Below, piece by piece: positions 1 through 10,033 of a stretch of 64,000 bases of DNA. Origin of the DNA: Thermoplasmata archaeon (GTDB lineage Archaea > Thermoplasmatota > Thermoplasmata > Thermoplasmatales > Thermoplasmataceae); NCBI GenBank assembly GCA_021820405.1, contig JAKADQ010000001.1, forward strand, positions 2,783 to 66,782, written 5' to 3'. The notes under the pieces are model-generated. The model worked only from the letters and a program-made list of their open reading frames with translations. It did not search any database and was not told the origin of the DNA. The position numbers and the translations under genes are program-made. Each line of letters starts with the position of its first letter. The first letter of the stretch is position 1.

Positions 1-2
1 CT

Positions 3-887
3 TCGACAAACTCTCCGGTACTCTCTGTGCATGTTGCAGCTGCCCAGAAGATAAGCGGACATGCAAAGATAACCCTTTCAGTAAATACAGTTTCACTCAG
101 TGGAGCAAATGAAACTTCAATAAAATACAGTGTGAGCCTTTATAACGGTACATCCGGCATAACGGATCTCGCATATTCTGGGGGAGGCAATCTGTTAATC
201 TCATTTTCGAATGCATCAGGATCACCTCCGTTTTCAGGTATAATGACCATCAGGGGATCATCATCTGCAGTATCAGGAGTTTATCATATTGACATATACA
301 CCACAGGTGGAGATCCCTCCATTTCAAACGCAACCATTACTGTAAACTATAAAGGAACAACGCCCACTCCATCCTCTTATACTCCATACATTTTAGGCAT
401 CATTGTCATACTAATTGGCATCCTTGGGCTTGTATTTTCTGTTGCATTCTCTGGGAAGGACAGAAAAAAAGTGGGTGGAATTTCCCTTATAATTTCCTCA
501 GTTATGTCCTTGTATCTTATCATATACGATACAAACCTGAGGACACTTGCTCCTGATCACTTTTACGGCCTAATAATATATCTTGTGCTATCCATTATTG
601 GTTTCATCTTTGCCTTCGGAATTCGACCTCTTCAGAAATTGAGTAGTTTTGCACTCTTTGCCGGTTCCTTAATTTTTGCCATTCTAATGGTAAGCGACGT
701 TTTCCTTGGCCTTCCTCTATCGAAAAGCTCGGGAATATCTCCATCAATTGGCTGGAACTATCTCTTTGGTTTTGGATTCACTTCAGTATCATTCCTGTAT
801 ATCTCGCTGGCCTTTTCACTTCTGTTCATTTTCGTTATGGTTCTTGCCGGAACCTCACTCAGCATGTTTCGAAATATTAAAAAGTGA
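3..887 (+). CDS. Membrane protein with extracellular Ser/Thr-rich beta domain and multi-TM C-terminus (5'-truncated by window edge)
   Basis: Frame is open from position 3 to the stop at 887; S/T/G-rich N-half followed by about 5 hydrophobic helices. Confidence 0.7.
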   Translation, partial: STNSPVLSVHVAAAQKISGHAKITLSVNTVSLSGANETSIKYSVSLYNGTSGITDLAYSGGGNLLISFSNASGSPPFSGIMTIRGSSSAVSGVYHIDIYTTGGDPSISNATITVNYKGTTPTPSSYTPYILGIIVILIGILGLVFSVAFSGKDRKKVGGISLIISSVMSLYLIIYDTNLRTLAPDHFYGLIIYLVLSIIGFIFAFGIRPLQKLSSFALFAGSLIFAILMVSDVFLGLPLSKSSGISPSIGWNYLFGFGFTSVSFLYISLAFSLLFIFVMVLAGTSLSMFRNIKK

Positions 888-893
888 CTATTT

Positions 894-1943
894 TTAATTA
901 TTTTTTTTATTCAGATCAATAACAAACCTGTATTTTACATCAGATTTAAGGACTCTTTCATATGCCCTGTTGATCTCCTGTGGGGTTATCATTTCTATGT
1001 CAGCCGTTATGTTGTGTTTTCCGCAAAAATCAAGCATTTCTTGAGTTTCTCTAATGCCACCTATGTTTGAACCTGCAAGCGTCTTTCTGCCTCCAACCAC
1101 TGCCCCTGCGAACACATTGTACGAATTTCCCCTTTCAGGAAGCCCTACAAGGACAAGTGCCCCCTCTGGCCTGAGAAGGGAAAGATACAGGTTAATATCG
1201 TGCACTGCAGGTATGGTATCAAGAATGAAATCAAATTTCCCTGTGTGTTTTTTGAGTTCATCCTTGTCTTTGGATAGAATCACGTCAGAGGCACCGAGCC
1301 TTTTTGCCTCATCCATCTTCGAAGCAGATGTTGTCAGAACGGTCACATCAGCTCCCATTGCCTTTGCAAGTTTGACTCCCATGTGTCCGAGTCCTCCCAG
1401 TCCGGCCACTGCAACCTTTTCACCGCTCTTAATGTCCCAGAATCTTAAGGGTGAATAGGTGGTGATTCCTGCACATAATAGGGGTGCAGATGCGGCGAGA
1501 TCAAGATTTTCCGGGATTCTCAGGACAAAGTCCTTATCCACAACAATCTGCCCTGAATATCCTCCGTACGTTACACCCCCAGAATGTTTGTCAGGGGAAT
1601 TATATGTGAAAACGGTATCGTTGCAATAATGTTCATTGCCTTTTTTGCATTCTTCGCAGTTTCTGCATGAGTCCACCATGCATCCTACTCCAACGCTATC
1701 GCCAATTTTGTAATTCTTTACATTTTCACCTACCTGCTTTACAATACCGACGATTTCGTGTCCGGGTACAACAGGATATTTAGCTCCACCCCATTCATTA
1801 TTCGCGGTGTGTATATCGCTGTGGCATATTCCACAGTACTTTATGTCAATCAGGACGTCATTTTTGCCAACATCTCTTCTATCTATACTCATTTCATGGA
1901 AAATTCCATGAGGTTGATCAACACCATAAGCAACTGTCTTCAT
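894..1943 (-). CDS. Zn-dependent NAD(P) alcohol dehydrogenase (cinnamyl-ADH/YahK-like)
   Basis: CGICHSD, GHEIVG, structural Zn Cys cluster CRNCEEC...C, GLGGLG; start placed at MKTVAYG. Confidence 0.95.
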   Translation of the reverse strand: MKTVAYGVDQPHGIFHEMSIDRRDVGKNDVLIDIKYCGICHSDIHTANNEWGGAKYPVVPGHEIVGIVKQVGENVKNYKIGDSVGVGCMVDSCRNCEECKKGNEHYCNDTVFTYNSPDKHSGGVTYGGYSGQIVVDKDFVLRIPENLDLAASAPLLCAGITTYSPLRFWDIKSGEKVAVAGLGGLGHMGVKLAKAMGADVTVLTTSASKMDEAKRLGASDVILSKDKDELKKHTGKFDFILDTIPAVHDINLYLSLLRPEGALVLVGLPERGNSYNVFAGAVVGGRKTLAGSNIGGIRETQEMLDFCGKHNITADIEMITPQEINRAYERVLKSDVKYRFVIDLNKKNN

Positions 1944-2318
1944 CTTTAACCATCCGTATAAGAATTGTTTCAGTATAGTTAAGATTTGGGAATATGAAAG
2001 GAAAATAAAAGTCACGGATGACAAAATACGCACTTAAAATTCAATCCCAATAGAAATATTGGGGGTTTTTCAATTCTCAATTGGCCATTTGAACCTCTAA
2101 GAATCAAGATATTAAAGGCTCGCATAATTTTGATAAAGCACATGAAACTTCAAATGAAGGAGTGAATTATTGGATAGCGGGAATGAGGTGTTCACTCGGT
2201 TTTTCACATTAATTAAATATCCATCCAAAAAATACTCATCTAAAATGAACAGAAATAAGGATTTATGAAAGTATTTGAAATGATTTATTCTTCAATCGCA
2301 AAACTTTCATAAAGGTTT

Positions 2319-3239
2319 TTAAAAATAGTCCAGGTCTATACTCATTTCAAGTGATTTCACCTCATCCTGGGTGAGTTGCAGATCACCTGCCACAAGGTTT
2401 TCCTTAACCTGTTCCATATTTTTTGCCCCTGGAATGACAGCAGCACCCTTTTGGATGAGGTAAGCCAGCGCAACTGTTCCCGGTTCGCATTTGTATTTAT
2501 CGGAAAGCTCCCTGAGCCTTTCAAAAAGTCCTGACATACCCTTCAGATTTTCTTTCCGGAATAGGGGATCAGAAGATCGAATCTCACCCGGAGGAAGATG
2601 GCCCTCATCATATTTACAGGTCAGGAGTCCCTTTGCTATGGGGCTATACGCAATCATCGTGATTCCATGCTCTTTCATCAGAGGGTAAGTCTCATCCTCA
2701 ACCTCTCTCTGTAATATATTGTAACGCATCTGGTTGGAGACAAGGTCATGATCCTTCAGCAGGTTGATTGTTTCCCTGATCAGTGGTGCTGGGAAATTGC
2801 ATACGCCAATATGCCTTATGAGGCCCTCATCTGCCAGTTTTTCCATTGCGGCCAGCGTCTCCTTCAATGGCACATAGTTGTCTGGCCAGTGCAACTGATA
2901 CAGGTCTATGTAATCCGTTCCGAGGCGTTTCAGGGAATTTTCGCATGCCTTTATCACATCCTTATACCTGAAGTGGGGTGGCGCAACCTTTGTGGCAATG
3001 ATGAAGTCCTTTCTCTGAAGATTTTCAGTTGCAGCCCTGACCAGTTCTTCTGAATGGCCCATTCCGTACACTTCGGCAGTATCAATGTGATTTCCGCCAT
3101 TTTTCAGTGAATATCTGATGGCATCTATGATGTCTCCGTCACTGTAATCGTTTCCCCATCCAACTTTACCAGCCTGCCAGGCCCCAAATCCAACAACAGG
3201 AATTTTAAATCCACTCCTTCCTAACTGTATTTTCATCAT
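2319..3239 (-). CDS. Aldo/keto reductase
   Basis: IDTAEVYG, IATK, DYIDLYQLHWP, IGVCNF, AYSPI; TTTATAAA box at 3262-3269 suggests a leaderless start at 3239. Confidence 0.95.
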   Translation of the reverse strand: MMKIQLGRSGFKIPVVGFGAWQAGKVGWGNDYSDGDIIDAIRYSLKNGGNHIDTAEVYGMGHSEELVRAATENLQRKDFIIATKVAPPHFRYKDVIKACENSLKRLGTDYIDLYQLHWPDNYVPLKETLAAMEKLADEGLIRHIGVCNFPAPLIRETINLLKDHDLVSNQMRYNILQREVEDETYPLMKEHGITMIAYSPIAKGLLTCKYDEGHLPPGEIRSSDPLFRKENLKGMSGLFERLRELSDKYKCEPGTVALAYLIQKGAAVIPGAKNMEQVKENLVAGDLQLTQDEVKSLEMSIDLDYF

Positions 3240-3315
3240 GAATCTGGGAGTCATTCATGCATTTATAAAGACATCGATTTCCCCTGTTTTGTTTACCAGT
3301 TGTTGATCAACAAAC

Positions 3316-3326
3316 CTTAATTAAAA
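3316..3326 (+). promoter_or_regulatory. TATA-like box for the H/ACA RNA
   Basis: CTTAATTAAAA preceded by A-rich CAACAAAC, about 25 nt upstream of the first hairpin at 3344. Confidence 0.5.
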
Positions 3327-3343
3327 TATATGGATACCTTAAC

Positions 3344-3540
3344 GCCCTGAAAAATAGTATTCCTGATATATGAAGGTATATGACGACTTAGGGCTAGAAC
3401 TTGCCCTTCCATAATGGGCCTCAGCATGAGTTGAGGATCTGTTTCCTGCTATGAAATGCCGATCAGAGGAAGGCGAAAAATTCCCCGTGGGTCAGTGGAA
3501 TCAGGATAATGAATGATTCCCGTTAGATCGGGGAAAAGAT
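3344..3540 (+). ncRNA. Three-hairpin box H/ACA pseudouridylation guide RNA
   Basis: Hairpin 1: GCCCTGA/TTAGGGC stem, K-loop CTGA-tat-ATGAAGG, AGA 14 nt after the pocket. Hairpin 3: TTCCCCG/CGGGGAA stem, upper stem GGAATCA/TGATTCC with K-loop, AGA 15 nt after the pocket, guides GGGTCA and GTTA fit 23S helix 69. Middle hairpin GCCCTTCC/GGAAGGC with a plausible K-turn. Confidence 0.75.
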
Positions 3541-3561
3541 CAAAATAAGGGAAGATATTTA

Positions 3562-4647
3562 ATGGAAAGCAACTCTAATGTGGAGCTTGAAAATCCTGCG
3601 GTAAATCAAATCGTGTCTCTGGTCAGGGAGTATGTGGACAGTTACGAAATAGAGGTATCTCCCGTATCTATAAAATTCAAATTTCTCCAGAGTGACAATC
3701 CGGAAATCCAAAAGAAATTTTCAGATCTTAACAGAATTCTGATGGAACAGGGGTATGTGGCCCAACTTGTGAGGGACTATGAATATTATGTACTCGTATC
3801 AAAGCTGCCTCAAAGAAAATTTACATCCATAAAGGTCAACATCATACTTCTGATACTTACCATTCTTTCAACATTGTATGCCGGTTATCTGTTTTCAGAA
3901 GACTATGTACCAAAAGGCCCTGATATATTCCTAAGAACATTGATGTACAGTGCCCTGTTTTTCTCTGCACCTTTGCTGACCATACTGGGCGTTCACGAAC
4001 TGGGTCACTACTTTGTGGCAAAGCATTATGGGGTAAGAGCATCCCTGCCTTTCTTCATACCATTTATTCCTATCGCCTATTCCATAGGGACCTTTGGTGC
4101 GTTCATATCCCTCAGGGACCCATTTCCAAACAGAAAGGTTATGGCCAATATAGGGGCGGCTGGCCCGATTGCAGGATTCTCCACTGCAGTTCCCCTGCTG
4201 TTTGTAGCAGACTATCTCCAGAAGACAATGATTAAAGTGAGCAACTTCTCACCCTATTTTCTTAACTATCCTCTTATATACAATTTATTAAATCTTCTGC
4301 CCATAAAGCCTCCCGTATTTCCTATGGTTCTTTCAGTATGGGTGGGGATATTCGCGACAGCAATGAATCTCATTCCAGTGGGCCAGCTCGACGGAGGCCA
4401 TGTTTTGAGAGGGATACTGGGAAGGAAATCAATCGTAATAAGTTACGGCTTTCTTCTCCTTCTTTTCTACCTTGGGCTGAATTATTTTGGCTGGATACTC
4501 ATTGCAATACTTGTAATGTTCCTAGGCCTTGAACATCCTCCTGCTCTGGATGATTCTACGCCAGTGGGAATGAAGGAGATCGCCATTGGGATAATCGTGC
4601 TGATCATGTTTATACTATCATTCACACCGGTGCCATTCTATATCTGA
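3562..4647 (+). CDS. Site-2 protease (peptidase M50) membrane metalloprotease
   Basis: HELGH, AAGP and NLIPVGQLDGGH motifs; multiple TM segments. Confidence 0.95.
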   Translation: MESNSNVELENPAVNQIVSLVREYVDSYEIEVSPVSIKFKFLQSDNPEIQKKFSDLNRILMEQGYVAQLVRDYEYYVLVSKLPQRKFTSIKVNIILLILTILSTLYAGYLFSEDYVPKGPDIFLRTLMYSALFFSAPLLTILGVHELGHYFVAKHYGVRASLPFFIPFIPIAYSIGTFGAFISLRDPFPNRKVMANIGAAGPIAGFSTAVPLLFVADYLQKTMIKVSNFSPYFLNYPLIYNLLNLLPIKPPVFPMVLSVWVGIFATAMNLIPVGQLDGGHVLRGILGRKSIVISYGFLLLLFYLGLNYFGWILIAILVMFLGLEHPPALDDSTPVGMKEIAIGIIVLIMFILSFTPVPFYI

Positions 4648-4752
4648 TCATAACAGTATATGAGCAATAATATGGCATGCTCGGCCTGAATCCAGTGAAG
4701 TTATGCCTGGTAACTACAAAAATTATTTGTGCAATAATCATGATTATGGAAA

Positions 4753-6174
4753 ATGGTTGAACGCCTCAGGAAAAATACCCTAGGAATTGAACGATTAATA
4801 TGGCAGGGATGGGGAATGACTGCACCTGCTGCTGATATTGCCTTCCTTCTTGGTGGAATAGCCCTTGTTGCACTGGGCGCTACCCCACTATCCATAATTA
4901 TCGGCTTTCTTATATATCTCACTATTCTGAATACTTCCTATCGCTTTTCCCAGCGATATGTATCTGCAGGGAGTGACTTCACATATGTGGGAAAAGGGCT
5001 TGGTGGGTTTATGGCAACCTTCGAAGGTTGGAATCTGTTTTTTGGGACAATGTTTGCCTTCGCAGGTTTTGGTATGCTTGGGCTGGCTGCATTCTTTGAC
5101 ATTTTTGACAGCCAGATAGTAACATCATATCTTTGGATTCCCATAGTGATCGCCCTTAACATACTGACATTTCTAATTCTTTACAGGGGGATTGTCTTTT
5201 CAACTTCCTACCAGATGATCACCGGGATCATCGAGTTTGTTGTGTTAATTGCAGGAGGGATAGGCCTAGTGATACTTGCAGGGAAGAATAACACATTGGA
5301 GGTATTCAACCCATTGATTTCCAAAGGAGGCGCCATAGGTTTCATTCATTCTTTAACACTATCAGTGGTTACGTTCATAGGCTTATCTATTGCGCTTACA
5401 TCCATATCGGAAGAGGCCAATATCCCAAGAAAAAACGTTCCAAAATCACTGCTTATTTCATCCCTAATAATTGGGGGAACCATAATATTTTTATCCTATG
5501 CAATGACAGTTGCATGGGGTTACAACAACATGCTTTCTTTCGGCAATTCACTGGATAACGGTTTGGTTCTTTTTAACCGCCTTAGCCCTGTCATGTTTGG
5601 GCTGCTCTTCATATTCACAGTGAACAGCTTCATGGGAAACAATATATCCATGGGGACATCCATGACCAGAATATTCTATGCATTTTCCAGAGATAATGTA
5701 ATATTTCCAAATTCCTTTTCCAAGCTTGATAAGAGAGGAACCCCGGTTAATACAACATATTTCATACTGGGAGTTTCCATATTTTTATGCCTTTCTTTCG
5801 GGCTATACTTTGGCCCCGTAGATGGCGGGTATGTGCTTCTTTTTGCAGACGCGTTCTTCTCATTCCTTATAAGATCCATATCATCCGCAAGCCTCATAGT
5901 GGACACATACAAAAAGGGAAAGATGGAATTGAAGGCATTATTCGGATATCTCATTATTCCCATAATTTCCATTGGTTTGCTTGGTTCTGTCCTAATATCA
6001 AATTTCATACCCTTGCCAGAATATCCATATAATTATGCATCCATAATAGGTATCCTCGTAATATTGGGAATAGTGCTGATTACAATTTACACCGCTAGGA
6101 ATCATCCTGAAAAGGTTTCCCAGGCAGGAAAAACATCTGTGGAGGAAATACTTGAATATGAAGTCTCGGGATAA
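4753..6174 (+). CDS. APC-family amino acid permease
   Basis: About 12 TM helices; SAGSDFTYV, SEEANIPRKNVPK, TRIFYAFSRD motifs. Confidence 0.9.
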   Translation: MVERLRKNTLGIERLIWQGWGMTAPAADIAFLLGGIALVALGATPLSIIIGFLIYLTILNTSYRFSQRYVSAGSDFTYVGKGLGGFMATFEGWNLFFGTMFAFAGFGMLGLAAFFDIFDSQIVTSYLWIPIVIALNILTFLILYRGIVFSTSYQMITGIIEFVVLIAGGIGLVILAGKNNTLEVFNPLISKGGAIGFIHSLTLSVVTFIGLSIALTSISEEANIPRKNVPKSLLISSLIIGGTIIFLSYAMTVAWGYNNMLSFGNSLDNGLVLFNRLSPVMFGLLFIFTVNSFMGNNISMGTSMTRIFYAFSRDNVIFPNSFSKLDKRGTPVNTTYFILGVSIFLCLSFGLYFGPVDGGYVLLFADAFFSFLIRSISSASLIVDTYKKGKMELKALFGYLIIPIISIGLLGSVLISNFIPLPEYPYNYASIIGILVILGIVLITIYTARNHPEKVSQAGKTSVEEILEYEVSG

Positions 6175-6188
6175 TATATGAATGAAAA

Positions 6189-8882
6189 TTAGAGGGCAGC
6201 CACAGAAGAGACTCCTGACTCCTTTTTTACTTCGTAAACAATATCCGCTGCAGTCTCCAGTTCTTCGTGATGGGTGATTATAATGATCTGTGGGAATATA
6301 TTCTCATCACTCAGCTCTTTAATGGAATATTTGATTATATCCCTGAGGTCGTTTCTTCTTTCCTCGTCAAGATATACCGTTGGCTCGTCCATGATTATTG
6401 TGCTCATATCTCCACCAAGATACTTAGCAATTGCAAGCCTTATACCTATTGCCAGGGCGGTTCTCTCTCCTCCGCTTAGCTGGGATAGATCCTTAACAGA
6501 ACCATCCTGCATGATCTCAACATCAAGATCATCCGACAGTTTCACATCTTCAATGGCAAGATTGAATCTGGAAATTATGTTTCTTGCTTGAGCCGAAATG
6601 CTTTCCACGGCTATGCCCCTTAAAGCCTTAGGTATTCCGTCTCTGGAAATCCCCTTTCTCAACAGTGATAAAAAACTCAATATCTTTCTTGAAATTTCAG
6701 TTTCTTCAATATATTTCCCAATCTCATCCTTTTCTTTGCTTTTCTGTTCACGTTCCGTTCTCTTTGATGATATATCACTAAGAAGTCTTTCTTTCTCATT
6801 CTGTGTTATTTTAAGGGAATTATCAACTTCTTGGAATTCCTTTCTTAGCTTATCCTCTTCATTTATATACTCATCAAGTGTTTCAATCTCCTTTTTAATA
6901 TCCTGAATTTGTTTTTTAAGAATAGATATATTTTCCATCTTCCTTTCAATATCTATTATGGCTCCGCTATCCTGGACGTCTCTAGAAAGTTTTTCAACAT
7001 CCATCTCGATTTTGTCAATATCATGCTGATTTAGGCCTTTTTCAATCATTTCCATTAGATCAGGATATTTATCTATCAGACTTTTATTGTTTTCAATATC
7101 TTTCTCCTTTTCCTTTATTCTTTCATCAATTTTCATTTCTTCAAAAAGTTTGGTGTTTGCCTCCAAGTCAGAATACTTTTTATGGTCATCGGCCAAGGCG
7201 TCAATCTCATTCTTAACATCTTGGATTTTCTTCTGATCCATTTCATATTTATTCTTGCCCTCTTCATTCTGTTTCATCTTCAACATATACTCTTGTTCAC
7301 TGGCATCATGCTGCCCAATTGCCTCTACTAGATTGAGGTAATCGTTGATTTCACGAGATTCCAGTACGGATAATTCATCTTGTGTCTTCTTTATCTTCCT
7401 TTTTAGTGCATCTATATGATTCTGTATTCCTTCTATTTCTCTCTTTTTATCCTCAATTTCAGAGTTGAAACCATTAAAAATTTCCTCATGTTTGTGGCCC
7501 TCTATGTTCTGGCCACACAATGGGCAAATGGGTGCACTTTCAAGTTTTTCCATCTTCTCTTTTATTTCTAGCATCCTTTCACTATATGATTTAATTTTGC
7601 CCTCTTCTTCTGAAATTTTCCTCTGCATCTCCTCTTTAGTATCCCTCTTCTCTTTTCTTGTAAGTTCAACATAATCTCTGGTAACAATTTTTAAGTCAAT
7701 CCTATCTGATAATGCTTCCTTTATTTTTTCAAGTTTTCTAATTGCATCGGTTCTTCTATTTCTATTATCTTCATATAGGGAAAAATACTTTCTAAATTCC
7801 TCCCAATTCTTCTGGATTATTACTATTCCTTGCTCTAACTCTTCCAAATTTTTTTTAAGTTGGTTGTATCTAGTGTAATTTCCTTCTAAATCTTTCATTC
7901 TTTGAAGGGACTTGAAGTAATTGTCCCTGCTTTTCTTTAAATCATCAAGTTCCTTTCCAATTCTGTTGATTTGATCGATTTTGACAAGAAGATCCCTTAT
8001 TTCCCTTCTTTTGGAATATTTAATATCGTTTTTTAATTTCTCAAGTTCCATCATCTTTGCTTCGTATGCGATTTTCTGTTTTTCTAGAGCTTTAATATCT
8101 CTCTCTAAATTGTATATATCATTTGTTATTTTAGATATATCTTCATTTTTCTGAAGTCGAATTTGCTTTTTGTCCTCTATGGATTTAATTTTTCCAAATA
8201 ATTTATCCCTGTAGTTTCTTAATTCAACCAATTTTTCTTCTATGTCCTTTTCTTGGACGCTATTTTTTGCAATCTCATCTTCAAGTATTTGGATTGCCTG
8301 TGAGATCTCCTTGAACTGATCTCTTTTTTGTTCGTAATCTCTGGTTTCGCTTTCAAGATTTTTTATTATGGGATCAATATGCGATAGGGCTTTGTCATAA
8401 TCTTTCAATCCTATGATCTCACTTAAGATGTCCTTCCTGTCGGCAGGCCTTGATGTGATAAGGCCATCAATGTCACCCTGTTTTACATATACTGAATTGA
8501 TAAAGGCTAACTTCCCAATTTCCAATTCCCTTTCGACGGCCGCAGTAACCTCTGTTGCTCCTTCTCCAATTTTGGTGCCGTCCTTTATTATGAATGCTCG
8601 TTTTGTATTTTCTCTGCCCCTTCTGTTATCAATAACCCGTGTAATTTCATATGTATGCATGTTATGCCTGAATCTGACGGTCACAGATGACTCAGTCTCA
8701 TTATATGATATCATTCTCCTGTCAATATCGTTGTTTCCAAACAGGGCCATCCTCATGGCATCCACAATAGAAGACTTTCCCGCACCATTCTTTCCTATTA
8801 TTATATTGATTCCAGTTGAAAAACCGATCCTGGTATCCCTGTGGGACAGGAAGTTCCTCATGTGTATCTCTTCAATCAGCAT
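6189..8882 (-). CDS. rad50: DNA double-strand break repair ATPase Rad50
   Basis: GKNGAGKSS, long coiled coil with CPLC zinc hook, LSGGE, IIMDEPT; overlaps mre11. Confidence 0.97.
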   Translation of the reverse strand: MLIEEIHMRNFLSHRDTRIGFSTGINIIIGKNGAGKSSIVDAMRMALFGNNDIDRRMISYNETESSVTVRFRHNMHTYEITRVIDNRRGRENTKRAFIIKDGTKIGEGATEVTAAVERELEIGKLAFINSVYVKQGDIDGLITSRPADRKDILSEIIGLKDYDKALSHIDPIIKNLESETRDYEQKRDQFKEISQAIQILEDEIAKNSVQEKDIEEKLVELRNYRDKLFGKIKSIEDKKQIRLQKNEDISKITNDIYNLERDIKALEKQKIAYEAKMMELEKLKNDIKYSKRREIRDLLVKIDQINRIGKELDDLKKSRDNYFKSLQRMKDLEGNYTRYNQLKKNLEELEQGIVIIQKNWEEFRKYFSLYEDNRNRRTDAIRKLEKIKEALSDRIDLKIVTRDYVELTRKEKRDTKEEMQRKISEEEGKIKSYSERMLEIKEKMEKLESAPICPLCGQNIEGHKHEEIFNGFNSEIEDKKREIEGIQNHIDALKRKIKKTQDELSVLESREINDYLNLVEAIGQHDASEQEYMLKMKQNEEGKNKYEMDQKKIQDVKNEIDALADDHKKYSDLEANTKLFEEMKIDERIKEKEKDIENNKSLIDKYPDLMEMIEKGLNQHDIDKIEMDVEKLSRDVQDSGAIIDIERKMENISILKKQIQDIKKEIETLDEYINEEDKLRKEFQEVDNSLKITQNEKERLLSDISSKRTEREQKSKEKDEIGKYIEETEISRKILSFLSLLRKGISRDGIPKALRGIAVESISAQARNIISRFNLAIEDVKLSDDLDVEIMQDGSVKDLSQLSGGERTALAIGIRLAIAKYLGGDMSTIIMDEPTVYLDEERRNDLRDIIKYSIKELSDENIFPQIIIITHHEELETAADIVYEVKKESGVSSVAAL

Positions 8883-9984
8883 CAAAACCCTCCTTGGCTA
8901 ATTTTCTTATTCCCTCCTCAGAAAATTCCCCAGTCTTCAGTTGTTTGAATATTTCGTAGGCTATGTTCCCTTTTCGTTCGCTTCCAAAATATTTTATGAA
9001 GAGTTCGTTCTGTTTTCTCGATGATCCTATTTCTACAGTTTCCCTATTATTGGAGACTTCAAACCTTGGCGTTCTTATTATAAAATATTCTGAATACTCC
9101 TTTATCTTCCCCTTAAGGTATGCATTTTCAACCCCCTCTGTAAATGCCATACTGATCAGCGGTTTCTTTTCATAATTCTCCTTTGTGATCTGATCCAGTT
9201 TCCCAAATATTTCATCGGCATTACCCACCAGATCAAACTGCATCCTTGTACTTTTCAACCTTATTCTTTTTAATTTAGCCTCATCATCTATATCCACTAT
9301 GTTTACACCCTTCCCCTGCCTCAGCAATCCATGGATCTCCTTTGTTGCCTTTACCTCTGTCGATCCGGCATAGGAAAATACTGATCTGCCTATTTTTTCT
9401 TCACGGAACTGATGCACGTGGCCAAAGGCCATGTATGTAAAGTTTACAGGAAGGTCAGATTTCTTAGCTTCACACTGTTCCTCCGGAAAGAAAGGATCGA
9501 TCGCCTGATGGGAAACAAAAATGCATTTTTTCATTTTGGATGCTTCATCGTTAGCTTTCGCATAGATTTCCCTTAGAAGGTCAGACTGATAGAGTTTCAT
9601 ATTTCCAATGCCTGCGATATCCACATCATCCTTCCTTATGATCTCAAGGTTGTCCATTCCGATCATTCTAAGACCAAAAAAGTCAAAGATACCGTGAGCT
9701 GTAAGGTCTTTTCCTCTGGGCCTGTCATGATCTCCGGGTATGCATATCATTTCAATATGTTTCTCATATAATTTCAGCATATTTTCCTTCAGTACATTAA
9801 GGGCCCTGTTGGAAGGCCTGCTTGAATCAAAAAGGTCACCGGAATGTATTATGAAATCCACATTATTGTCAATGGCAATCTGTATTGCTTCAGCAAAGGC
9901 ATCATAGAAATCATTCTCCCGTTCCTCAATTCCATACTGTGAGGCTCCAAGATGAGTATCCGAAAGATGCATAAATCTGGCCAT
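8872..9984 (-). CDS. mre11: DNA repair nuclease Mre11
   Basis: HLSDTHLG, HSGDLFD, PGDHD, FGHVH, YAGS phosphoesterase motifs. Confidence 0.97.
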   Translation of the reverse strand: MARFMHLSDTHLGASQYGIEERENDFYDAFAEAIQIAIDNNVDFIIHSGDLFDSSRPSNRALNVLKENMLKLYEKHIEMICIPGDHDRPRGKDLTAHGIFDFFGLRMIGMDNLEIIRKDDVDIAGIGNMKLYQSDLLREIYAKANDEASKMKKCIFVSHQAIDPFFPEEQCEAKKSDLPVNFTYMAFGHVHQFREEKIGRSVFSYAGSTEVKATKEIHGLLRQGKGVNIVDIDDEAKLKRIRLKSTRMQFDLVGNADEIFGKLDQITKENYEKKPLISMAFTEGVENAYLKGKIKEYSEYFIIRTPRFEVSNNRETVEIGSSRKQNELFIKYFGSERKGNIAYEIFKQLKTGEFSEEGIRKLAKEGFDAD

Positions 9985-10033
9985 AATGCTTCACAACCTC
10001 AATGTTTCCCTTTGATTTTATATTTTTCCATTT

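Noticed and set aside
4648-4752. Possible riboswitch or C/D sRNA upstream of the APC permease
   Set aside because: Only a short GAGCA/TGCTC hairpin and one CTGA; no TPP core and no complete C/D box set
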